Origin: an uncultured Pseudomonadales bacterium
Lineage (GTDB): Bacteria; Patescibacteriota; Microgenomatia; UBA1400; UBA12028
Assembly: GCA_964635905.1 (NCBI GenBank)
Contig: CAZWPK010000002.1
Span: 141,621-205,620, forward strand
Direction: 5' to 3'
Length of the DNA: 64,000 bases
The translations under genes were made by a program, and so were the position numbers. The notes beneath the pieces are model-generated. The model saw only the letters and a program-made list of their open reading frames with translations. It did not search any database and was not told the DNA's origin. Each line of letters starts with the position of its first letter. The stretch's first letter is position 1. Positions 41,584-50,838 of the stretch are shown in pieces.

Positions 41584-42232
41584 AAACGTAACGAAACAAT
41601 CAACGCGTCCAGTCTTTAGAGCAACTAAAGAGGGACGCGTTGTTGGTGTAACGGCAAGTTCATCTTCTATTGCGCCTCCCCTCGGGAACAAACGCGCAAA
41701 CTCCAGTCTTGCGGCAGTAATCCTGTTCCTCTTTGGCTGCAGTTTGATGGGCATTTCCGGACTACATTTTTATTTTCAGTATCAAAGTCTCTCGCTTGCA
41801 CGTTCGCAGGTTTCCCTCAATGCTTTACAGGAACGAACAAATGTACCCTATCCGGTTCAAATTACCGTGCCAGGAAAGATTCAGAGTGCGATTGAAACCA
41901 TGCCTCTGGTGGATAACAAATGGGGAGTTTCCAATACTAAAACAGCGTTCTTGCAACAGTCCGCCCGACCAGGTGAAGTTGGTAATATCATTCTCTATGG
42001 GCACAATCGACCGTCGATTCTGGGGAATTTACATCAAGTGCATGTCAATGACATCATCATTGTGACGACGAGTGATGGGTCACTTTATTCCTACAAAGTC
42101 TTCAACCGTGCGGTGACATCTCCAACCCAAGTGGAACTCTTGCAACCCACTACACGGGAAGTCCTCACCGTGTATACCTGTACGGGGTTCTTAGACAGTC
42201 AACGATTGATTGTTCAAGCGCACCCTCTCTAG
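41567..42232 (+). CDS. Sortase
   Basis: TM anchor, GNIILYGHN, LTVYTC, conserved Arg (QRLIV). Confidence 0.92.
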   Translation: MPRKTKNVTKQSTRPVFRATKEGRVVGVTASSSSIAPPLGNKRANSSLAAVILFLFGCSLMGISGLHFYFQYQSLSLARSQVSLNALQERTNVPYPVQITVPGKIQSAIETMPLVDNKWGVSNTKTAFLQQSARPGEVGNIILYGHNRPSILGNLHQVHVNDIIIVTTSDGSLYSYKVFNRAVTSPTQVELLQPTTREVLTVYTCTGFLDSQRLIVQAHPL

Positions 42233-42247
42233 TGGACGTTTCCTGGA

Positions 42248-44233
42248 CTAACCTGCTCCACCTCCACCACCGCCACCACCACCTCCTCCGCCACCGGAGG
42301 AACTACCGGATGAACCGGAGCCACTAGCACCATAACTAGAACTTGCGGAAGTCGACAAGGAACTAATTGCAGATGAGAGTGAATTCAAACTAGAACCAAA
42401 CGAGGCGCCTTCCATGAGGTTGGAGGCAGATGTTCCTGCCCAGTATGTAGTAATCAGTTGTTGATCTTTCATCGAGAGATCAATCGGCAATTCGCTGAGT
42501 GCTTTGGCCGATAATCCCAAGAGTGTTCCATATACCAGATATTTCTCCCAAATGATGACAGAATCAATCGCATCATGCTTCGTTAGTTGGTAGTCTTTAA
42601 GATGCTTCTTAAACGCAAGCCAAGCTGCAGTTTCGCTCGCTCCTTTCGTTGTACGTTTTTCTTTGCCTCCTTGCATCAGTATTCCAACAACAAACCAGCA
42701 ACTAGAAGTCACTAAAGCAATCAATGCGACTAGGGAAAGCAGAGGCACGATACGAATCACCAACGTAGAACTTGTTGTGAAACTAAAGAACCCAAGCATC
42801 GCTCCAGCAATAGACAAGAGAATGGTCCCAATTCCAATGGGTTCCAGATGCGCCTGCTTTTCAAAATAGCCTTGGGCAATATTCTCGCGTAACGTTAACG
42901 GTTCCAAACTCTTAAAAAAGAGATTTGCTGTGGTTTTGTGCTGTTTACAGTACGCAACAATTCGATCTAAGGGGACAGCCTGAAGGGATTTTCCTTGCAA
43001 GGGAACCGGCTCTTCCCCTACCGTGGTAAAGAGAAAGTCATAGACGGTTTGTTCAATCAAGCCGAGGGATCGAAGAGATTTCTCATCGGTTCGAAGTAAG
43101 AAATATTTCCATCGTTTAAAAATGAATCCTTCCTGTGCGTCACTACGAACAAACCTGACTGCCCGATGATGAACCAAATTAAGGACAGTGGCGGTAAAGC
43201 TTTTTGGGGAAAGGGTAACTGACGCGGATAATAATTGTTCCACTTGAGCTGGAGAGAGATTGGATGGCGGTTCCCACAATGTGCCGCTTAAGTTTACCTG
43301 CGGTAACGGGAGCTCCTTATGATGCTTCCAAAATCGACGCACCGTTTTTGCTCCCACAACGAGTTGAATCAGCATGCTTACCACGTTTAAAGTAATCAAC
43401 CCAATTACCACCATCATTTGTTTTGACCGTGCTTGGATTGTGTCTGCAATAAATCGTTGTTCTTGACGTTGAATTTTTTCCCGAGACAACGACCCCGTAA
43501 CACCTTGTGCAAAAACACTTTTTGGAACCACTACTCTGCCTTCAAAAAACGTTCCAGGAGAGACCCGTTTTGCCGTGAACTCAACTTTATTGGACGTTGG
43601 AATCGCTACCTCTCCAATTGCTCCATGTGCCCACGCCTGAATTTGATGACTGGAAACAGTAGAAGGCAATTCCAGCCCGACAACGACATTCTCTTGTGAA
43701 ATATCCCATTCATCGCCGATCCACTGCCAATACACTTCTGCAGTGTCTTCATGAAAAGTCACGGCATTGTCGACGATATACGAGAGAGTAAACGCAGCAG
43801 AAGTGTTATTAAGATCGTAGAACCACTTGATATAAAAGCCATCCCATTGTTCCAGTGCATAGAATGACCCTGCTCTTTCGGGAATGGGTAACGCATCCGC
43901 TTCTGATGAAGTTTGGCGATAACAACGCACCGCATCACAAAGCGAAACATTGGAAATAACATACGGAATGGATCGACCTGGCTCTTTGGACTGATCAGGG
44001 GATGTACGGATACGAAGATAGGCAAAACTATAGTCTCCATTAAAGTTATACGTACGTTTCTCTTGTACCTTCATTTCCCCTGAGGGTTGGACTTTTGCTT
44101 GAATCTCAACGTTGTCGATGAAATAGGACTTTGCCTCTACAGACTGGACACCTACACCCAGGCTACACAGTGCTAGAAGTAGGAAACAGGCTAACACACA
44201 ACGATTGAATACAGCATACAGCAATCTCATCAT
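42248..44233 (-). CDS. DUF2207 family membrane protein
   Basis: Signal peptide, YWQWIG..W, W.AFKK.L, WEKYLVYG..LG, Ser/Gly-rich tail. Confidence 0.88.
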   Translation of the reverse strand: MMRLLYAVFNRCVLACFLLLALCSLGVGVQSVEAKSYFIDNVEIQAKVQPSGEMKVQEKRTYNFNGDYSFAYLRIRTSPDQSKEPGRSIPYVISNVSLCDAVRCYRQTSSEADALPIPERAGSFYALEQWDGFYIKWFYDLNNTSAAFTLSYIVDNAVTFHEDTAEVYWQWIGDEWDISQENVVVGLELPSTVSSHQIQAWAHGAIGEVAIPTSNKVEFTAKRVSPGTFFEGRVVVPKSVFAQGVTGSLSREKIQRQEQRFIADTIQARSKQMMVVIGLITLNVVSMLIQLVVGAKTVRRFWKHHKELPLPQVNLSGTLWEPPSNLSPAQVEQLLSASVTLSPKSFTATVLNLVHHRAVRFVRSDAQEGFIFKRWKYFLLRTDEKSLRSLGLIEQTVYDFLFTTVGEEPVPLQGKSLQAVPLDRIVAYCKQHKTTANLFFKSLEPLTLRENIAQGYFEKQAHLEPIGIGTILLSIAGAMLGFFSFTTSSTLVIRIVPLLSLVALIALVTSSCWFVVGILMQGGKEKRTTKGASETAAWLAFKKHLKDYQLTKHDAIDSVIIWEKYLVYGTLLGLSAKALSELPIDLSMKDQQLITTYWAGTSASNLMEGASFGSSLNSLSSAISSLSTSASSSYGASGSGSSGSSSGGGGGGGGGGGGGAG

Positions 44234-44321
44234 GATTTTATTTTACGCCTGTTTTCTGGTGAATACAGTCCATTACTAGGCAACCTACTGTGTGTGACTG
44301 CGTTGAAAAAAGTTGGTCGGG

Positions 44322-45055
44322 CTACTGCGTCGATAGAACTGAGGAAGGAACAAAGTGTAACGGAAAATTTGGACCTGACCATCGAAAGCGAATCAGTGAG
44401 ATATACCCATTATCGTAATACTGGAGTTTGATGGGATACTTCTTGCCAACATTGAGTCGAATAGTGCCCGTTTTTTCTATAGTTTGGTGATCCTGCCAAT
44501 CATCTGTCACTGCGACTTTATCTGCCCACAGTCGCACACCTCATCAGCAACAGTTAAAAAGATAAAGTCACCATCAGCAGAAGCTGTTAAAAATCCGTTC
44601 CATTCAATCGAATAAGTGTCTGGACCAATTTTAGTAAGGTCCGGTGGAAAAGGATCCCAATCAAGATCAATGGTTGAGTCGACACGAGTAAAGGCAAGTT
44701 CAGTCAAATCGGTCTGATTAAAATACGACCCGACAAGCCCTCAGATTTGGGTACTTGAATCACGGTCGGGAGTGGTGTTGAGTTCACAATGTTTGGTGGT
44801 GGTAACAATGACGTTGTCGGTTAAGCGGGCTTTAAGTTACTCGTCGGTATCACCACCTTTGATTTCCTGGCTCCTTCCAGAACAATCGAGCTACTGCTTT
44901 TCCAGATGATTCAAAATATTCCATTTTGATTGGATAGGATTGCTCTGCTTCTAGATTGATGATGCTACGGCTTGTTTTCACTGAGTGCGTAGACCAATCC
45001 CGAATCTTTAAGTTGTTGTCGATCAATAGTCATACTCCATCGATAAACTTCCCAC
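44322..45055 (-). pseudogene. Decayed tandem PA14-domain surface protein
   Basis: Pieces in shifting frames: DGV*LLID..DW..H..YPIKMEYFE..G.AVARLFW; GL.GSYFN...RVD.TID.DW...YSIEW.G; GVRLW...YPIKLQYYD...RFRWSGP; in-frame stops and at least 3 frameshifts. Confidence 0.8.
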
Positions 45056-45087
45056 TACCTCACCGTCGGGGATTTAAGTTTGGTGCT

Positions 45088-46305
45088 TTAGATAAATTCG
45101 GCAGGCGAATCCTCTAGGGGAAACCCAAAAATATAGAGCTCCTCCTCGGCACGAGTAACGGCGGTATACAGCCATCGTTTCCAAGCAACCTCAGACATAC
45201 GTCTAGATCGCTCTTCAATTAAGATTACCTTTTTCGCTTGGCTTCCCTGTGCTTTGTGTACAGTCAGACAGTAACCATAATCAAATAATTGTCCGATTGT
45301 TTTTTGTTGACTTTTGGAAAACTTTAACGTTTCTGGCTTATTGATTTGTTCTGCAGCAATTAACCCTGAGTAAATCAGTGCACCTGTCGAATCTTTAATA
45401 TCCACTGCGTACGAGAGAACCGTTCCATTTAATTCTCTTTCAGTAGAGATAGATGAAATCAATCCAGTCATTCCATTATAGATTCCGACTTCCCAGTCAT
45501 TTTTTAAACAAACTACAAGATCACCTGACTCCGGTCGGCTAGGATCCTTCCATCGTGCGGCTCGAGCGGCTGTATTCATCTTAATCCGCGAGGAGTTAAA
45601 CCCTGTTAAAAACAACGTTTCTTCATCCACCTGAGAAATGTATTCCTCTAACAGCACTCCAGCATCGGATGTCTGACGATTAAATTTTTCCACTCCAGGT
45701 CCGAAGCGCTGGATGGGAATCTCCCCCGTGCTTCGTGCCAACTGCGCCACTGCTAGAATTGGACTTTCTTGAGCCTGACGATGGATTTGTGAAAGGGTGA
45801 AATCACGGCTGGATAAAAGTGAGAAGGGGCTATTCACTGGCGGCAACTGGCCATGATCTCCGACCGCTAGGACAGGAATCTTGAAATGCTCAATATCTCT
45901 CCAGATTTCTTCCGTTACCATAGACGCTTCATCAATAATCAAAAGATTAAAATCCAGCTCACTTTTCCGTTTCCAACTTATGATTTGTCCATCTTTATCG
46001 GTGATTGCTGCATACAACAAGGAGTGTAAGGTAGAAATGCTATCTTCCGAATGGAGTGCGTGTTGAGCAGCAAGTTTGGAGCGAAGAACTTGGGTAGCTT
46101 TCCCAGTAAAAGAAGCAAAGGCAACCTTCCATTCTGGCTTCTTCTTATGCAAGATAATCCGGACGACAGCAATCAGGGTGCTTTTGCCGGTCCCTGCATA
46201 TCCGCCTAAACGAAAGACAGGCTCGATGGGTTTCGATAGCCAGCCAAAAATTGCGAGGAGAGCATTCTTTTGTTCTGAAGTGATCAATAGTGGTGTGGTT
46301 GACAC
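45088..46305 (-). CDS. RecD/Dda-like SF1B DNA helicase
   Basis: GYAGTGKS, IIDEASMV, VGDHGQLPPV, HRQA, YCLTVHKAQGS, YTAVTRA. Confidence 0.9.
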   Translation of the reverse strand: MSTTPLLITSEQKNALLAIFGWLSKPIEPVFRLGGYAGTGKSTLIAVVRIILHKKKPEWKVAFASFTGKATQVLRSKLAAQHALHSEDSISTLHSLLYAAITDKDGQIISWKRKSELDFNLLIIDEASMVTEEIWRDIEHFKIPVLAVGDHGQLPPVNSPFSLLSSRDFTLSQIHRQAQESPILAVAQLARSTGEIPIQRFGPGVEKFNRQTSDAGVLLEEYISQVDEETLFLTGFNSSRIKMNTAARAARWKDPSRPESGDLVVCLKNDWEVGIYNGMTGLISSISTERELNGTVLSYAVDIKDSTGALIYSGLIAAEQINKPETLKFSKSQQKTIGQLFDYGYCLTVHKAQGSQAKKVILIEERSRRMSEVAWKRWLYTAVTRAEEELYIFGFPLEDSPAEFI

Positions 46306-46506
46306 CTCCTTGTTGTACGGGAGTTGCGTACAATGGTCAAGATCGACCGTATAGTAGAAATTTTTTCATGAAAAGAAAGTAAGAGCTGGATAATAATTTG
46401 CAATGACTTTTCCTTCCTTGAGTACCTCAGTTCAATGGAACTGTTGACAGTCGCAAATGCAAGTGCCAGGATGAGTTCAGTATAAGTGATTCACTTCACA
46501 TATCGT

Positions 46507-47754
46507 ATGAAAGGAAGGACTACATTGATTACCCCAAAGCAACGAACGCTTGGATTACTTGCAGCCGCTATTGTAACTGGAGCAATTGCCGTTTCGACAC
46601 GTTGGGCAAAAGCCCTCGATGCAACAGTTGTTGTTACCCAAGCTGATTTGGAAAGTTCTAAAATTGCTGCGCTTTCCAATGATAAGTGGTTTTTCTACAA
46701 TGATGAGAGCGACACCATCGATAACACATTAGGCACCTTTGTATCAGGTCCAGGAACACCACCATTTGGAAGCGACAGCGTTCAAATCAGTGTGAGTGGC
46801 ACACAACGACGGAATTTGGCAACGTATCAGTTCCGTGGCACTCCTCTAGCATTGATCACCACACTCGCCTATAGTACCTATAACCCGTCTGCTGGAAATA
46901 GCGGTAGTGCCAATCGATCGGGATACCTTCAGTTCAACGTATCCTTTGATGGAGTTGACACATGGCAACGCCGCCTAGTCTACATCCCTGCAGACAACGG
47001 CACAGTAGTGCAGAACTCTTGGAAAGAATGGAATGCCATAGATGGTGGAAACGCTCTCTGGAGGTATTCCGGACCAACCTGGCCAGGAACTGTAACCCCA
47101 GGAACCACTCCACGAACATGGAGTGACATTCTGACCCAGTATCCTAACGCCCAAATTCGTCAAACCGATGCATTCTTCGGCGTTCGGGTTGGAGAACCCT
47201 ATGCGGATGGATATACGGAGAACCTTGACGCTGTTAAATTTGGGACAGCCACAGGGCTAACCACGTTTGACTTTGAGCAGCATCAAGCTCCCAGTGTTCC
47301 TGCGATTGTGCTTCCAAGCAGCAGTGCAGTGGTAACACAATCTGCCTTAACAAAAGTAGACTGGACTGATTCAACTGGGACACACGCCCCATTTACGTAT
47401 CAGTATGAGGCCTACTCCGATGCTGCCTATTCATCTCTGGTGTACTCCAGCGGATGGTTAGGTGATTCAGAAATTCCAACTGCAGGAACTCCGATTGGAA
47501 CGTATTATTTGCGCGTTCGCGCAATGGATTCTGTAGGCGCTCAATCTGCTTGGAGCAATGGAAGTGGAACTCCTTACATGGTAACGGTGGTTGCAGATCC
47601 TGCTCCTACGCCGACTCCAACACCGACACCTGTTGGACCTCCTACCCACAAAAATCAGTGTAAACAAGATGGTTGGAAAATATTTACCAACCCTGTCTTT
47701 AAAAACCAAGGATCTTGTGTGAGTTTTGTAACAACACAAAAGAATAGCAACTAA
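46507..47754 (+). CDS. Secreted beta-rich protein with Fn3-like domain and C-terminal Cys motif
   Basis: Signal peptide; YYLRVRA.D..G..SAWS; PT linker; PTHKNQCKQDGW...FKNQGSCVS. Confidence 0.75.
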   Translation: MKGRTTLITPKQRTLGLLAAAIVTGAIAVSTRWAKALDATVVVTQADLESSKIAALSNDKWFFYNDESDTIDNTLGTFVSGPGTPPFGSDSVQISVSGTQRRNLATYQFRGTPLALITTLAYSTYNPSAGNSGSANRSGYLQFNVSFDGVDTWQRRLVYIPADNGTVVQNSWKEWNAIDGGNALWRYSGPTWPGTVTPGTTPRTWSDILTQYPNAQIRQTDAFFGVRVGEPYADGYTENLDAVKFGTATGLTTFDFEQHQAPSVPAIVLPSSSAVVTQSALTKVDWTDSTGTHAPFTYQYEAYSDAAYSSLVYSSGWLGDSEIPTAGTPIGTYYLRVRAMDSVGAQSAWSNGSGTPYMVTVVADPAPTPTPTPTPVGPPTHKNQCKQDGWKIFTNPVFKNQGSCVSFVTTQKNSN

Positions 47755-48019
47755 GTCCTAGTTGTATCATGTAATATCGGCCTCCTAAAAGGCGGCCGAT
47801 TGAGTATACAAACGACCATGAGCAACAGATTCTCTACTTTCACTGCGTGTCTTCAGAAAATCATAGACCTAGTAAACGGCTTAGTTGGTACGTTATCCTC
47901 TTTTTAAAAAACTCCATGGGAGAGATTTTTGTTTTCATTCCCCTTCACTTATGAAGAAAAACCTCTCTGAAATCAATTTCATTTAAAATGAAAGCACGTA
48001 TTGCATCGGAAAAGAATAT

Positions 48020-50209
48020 ATGTTTAGCTTAACCAAGTTTAAAGATATGACCGTCACACAACATCAAACTCATCATTACTCTCCAAAGAAGTTGCGTAGA
48101 ATTCCACCTGTTTCTTATCTAGCTATTTTATTTTTGTTGATTATTCTTCCCCTTTTAATGTACGTAGTCAGCAAATCTACTTACCTCTCCTCCAAAGCTA
48201 GTGAATCTCCGTCATTACCAGTAGAAGAGGGCGTGAAAACTTCAAGTGTAAGTGTGCTTAATGACTCTTCTGCAATCGGCGGAAAGTATGTGGTCTTGTC
48301 AAACCCTACGAATGTTTCCACCTTCCAACCTTCTGCTCCGTATCACTCTACATTCTTCTATCTGTGGTATAAGAATGCCGCTACGGATGGCAACTGGAGC
48401 TACTGGACTGATCAGGGAAAAACACCTCCAAAAACTTGGTTTTCTCACTATCTTCCCGACCCAAGGCCTGGCGTTTTTGACCCAGCCAACGAACTTTATA
48501 GTGCGAATAGCTATGAAACATTTAAGTGGCAGGTATCTAAGCTTGCAGAAGCGAAACAAGAAGTAGCAATTGCCTCTTGGTGGGGGATCGGAACGAAAGA
48601 AGATAGCGCATTCTCCACGATTATTTCAAACTTTATGTCTCGAGCGGATAACCCCTACCCTAATCTTCGTTGGGCAGTTTACTACGAAGACGAAGGCTTT
48701 GAGGATCCCAGTGTGTCTACATTGGTCGCCGACCTCAATCACATTAAAGCGCGATTTGCCTCCAGCCCATATTTCCTCAAAAGTAATAACAAGCCCGTAG
48801 TATTTGTCTATGCAGGCAGTAATGATGTTCCTGGGTCTATGCTGCAACGATGGAGTAGCGCGAATGCACAGTTGGGTAATCACTTTTACATTGTACTTAA
48901 AGTTTTCCCTGGATTCGAAACATCTTCCTACCAACCTGATTCTTGGCATCAGTATGCGCCTGCGGTTCGGGGAGGAGTTCATGCACCATACTCTGCGTTT
49001 GTCAGCCCCGGGTTTTGGCTAGATGATGGATCTCCAGAGCGTCTTGTTCGCAACCCTTCCTCATTCGAGTCAGCAGTAAAGACTATGGTAAATTCTAATG
49101 TTACTTGGAAACTTACGGAAACCTGGAATGAGTGGGGTGAGGGTACTTCTGTAGAACCAGGCGTCCACGTGCGCACAAACCAAACTACCGGCGCAGACGA
49201 ACTAAATACAACGGGTTATCCGTTTGAAAACTTATACATCGATATCCTCAAAAACAACCTTCCTTCCTTAGAACAAGGAACAGGTTCTCAACTTACCCAA
49301 GTTCCTTCTGTAACTTCATCTCCCCAAACAACTCCCACACCCGTGCTTAGCCCAACACCTTCTTCGATCTTAACAAACCAAACCATTGTTGCGGTGGGAG
49401 ATATGGTATGTGGACAAGCAAGCACAGGTGCTGCTTGTAAGCAAATGGAAACATCTGATTTAGCCCTTTCTCTCAACCCCAGTGCGGTCTTAGTTCTAGG
49501 AGATGTTCAATACGAACAAGGGGCATTGTCAGACTTTCAAAATTTCTATGAACCCAGCTGGGGAAGATTAAAAAATGTCACCTATCCAGTGGTTGGTAAT
49601 CATGAATATCTAACAGCTAACGCTCAAGGTTACTTTGACTACTTTAATGGAGTGGGCAATTCTACCGGTAAAGCAGGTGATCGAACAAAGGGTTACTATG
49701 CATTTAATCAAGGTGCGTGGAGAATCTATGTCCTGAATTCCAATTGTAGTAAAGTAGGTGGTTGTCATGCCGGTTCTCCACAAGAGACCTGGTTGCGCTC
49801 AGACCTAGCCACCAACCCAAAACAATGCGTTCTTGCTGCTTACCACCATCCTTTGAGGTCTTCCGGAGGAAGAGAAACACCAGCAGTTGCTCCGCTGTTC
49901 AAAGCTTTGTACGATTTTGGAGTGGAAGCAGTCTTGGCAGGACATGAACACAATTACGAACGTTTTCTCCCGCAAGATGTTAACGGCGTCCAAGATTCCA
50001 GTAAGGGTGTTGTTGAATTCATCGTAGGAACGGGAGGCCGGAACTTTACTAACTTTGTAACGAACACTCCCAACCTCTCTACCCATAACGCTAATACGTT
50101 TGGTGTTCTAAAAATGGTTCTGAAATCTTCTGCTATGGATTTTGAGTTTGTCCCTATCGCTGGTTCTAACTCTGGATACTCTGATAAAGGAACAATTACA
50201 TGTCACTAG
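48020..50209 (+). CDS. GH99-like glycosidase fused to metallophosphoesterase
   Basis: FYLWY, SWWG, YYE, VSPGF, WNEWGEGT.VEP; then VGD, LGDVQY, GNHE, YHHP, GHEH.YER. Confidence 0.8.
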   Translation: MFSLTKFKDMTVTQHQTHHYSPKKLRRIPPVSYLAILFLLIILPLLMYVVSKSTYLSSKASESPSLPVEEGVKTSSVSVLNDSSAIGGKYVVLSNPTNVSTFQPSAPYHSTFFYLWYKNAATDGNWSYWTDQGKTPPKTWFSHYLPDPRPGVFDPANELYSANSYETFKWQVSKLAEAKQEVAIASWWGIGTKEDSAFSTIISNFMSRADNPYPNLRWAVYYEDEGFEDPSVSTLVADLNHIKARFASSPYFLKSNNKPVVFVYAGSNDVPGSMLQRWSSANAQLGNHFYIVLKVFPGFETSSYQPDSWHQYAPAVRGGVHAPYSAFVSPGFWLDDGSPERLVRNPSSFESAVKTMVNSNVTWKLTETWNEWGEGTSVEPGVHVRTNQTTGADELNTTGYPFENLYIDILKNNLPSLEQGTGSQLTQVPSVTSSPQTTPTPVLSPTPSSILTNQTIVAVGDMVCGQASTGAACKQMETSDLALSLNPSAVLVLGDVQYEQGALSDFQNFYEPSWGRLKNVTYPVVGNHEYLTANAQGYFDYFNGVGNSTGKAGDRTKGYYAFNQGAWRIYVLNSNCSKVGGCHAGSPQETWLRSDLATNPKQCVLAAYHHPLRSSGGRETPAVAPLFKALYDFGVEAVLAGHEHNYERFLPQDVNGVQDSSKGVVEFIVGTGGRNFTNFVTNTPNLSTHNANTFGVLKMVLKSSAMDFEFVPIAGSNSGYSDKGTITCH

Positions 50210-50222
50210 TCATACATTAACT

Positions 50223-50828
50223 ATGTCAGACAAAAACCTAAACACATCCATTACAGATAATACTACCCCAGAAAGGAGCTCACCCTCGATTGAGACAGCT
50301 CCCCAGCAAGTGACTGATGCTTCTATAAATAACATCCCAAAAGTTCTTATCGGAATTGCTGGTTTGCTTCTAATCCTTCTTCTAGGATTAATCGCGTGGT
50401 TCTTCTATCGAAATAATCCAAAACAGCAGCTCGATAGCGTCATTTCATCGGAATTCCAATCTGTCAAAAAGGTGGCTACTGATGTTAACTTCGATGAACA
50501 ACTGGGTCAACTTTTCCCTGGATTTCCTGCCGTACCTGTTTATCCAGAAGCGGAACTGAAAGGCTCTGCCAAAACGAATACCAATACTGAACCCGACCAG
50601 GGGTTTCATGTTGTCTGGGAGTACCATGGAACAGCCATTGTTCCTGAAATTATGAAATGGTACGAAACCGAACTACCGAAAATGGGTTGGGAGTATTTCC
50701 CTCCAGACGACCCCACATCTATCACGGAACAGGTTGCTCAAATTTCTAATGATACTTTCGTTGGATACATGGCGGGAGAAGTAGAGCATGGTGAAATTGA
50801 GATTATTATTGATGTTCGCTATAAATAA
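50223..50828 (+). CDS. Single-TM hypothetical protein
   Basis: TM, then FP..PVYP.A...WY..EL...GW. Confidence 0.65.
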   Translation: MSDKNLNTSITDNTTPERSSPSIETAPQQVTDASINNIPKVLIGIAGLLLILLLGLIAWFFYRNNPKQQLDSVISSEFQSVKKVATDVNFDEQLGQLFPGFPAVPVYPEAELKGSAKTNTNTEPDQGFHVVWEYHGTAIVPEIMKWYETELPKMGWEYFPPDDPTSITEQVAQISNDTFVGYMAGEVEHGEIEIIIDVRYK

Positions 50829-50838
50829 ACAAAGACCT

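Noticed and set aside
45088-46305. Helicase as an anti-phage defence or prophage gene
   Set aside because: No partner nuclease or phage genes nearby.
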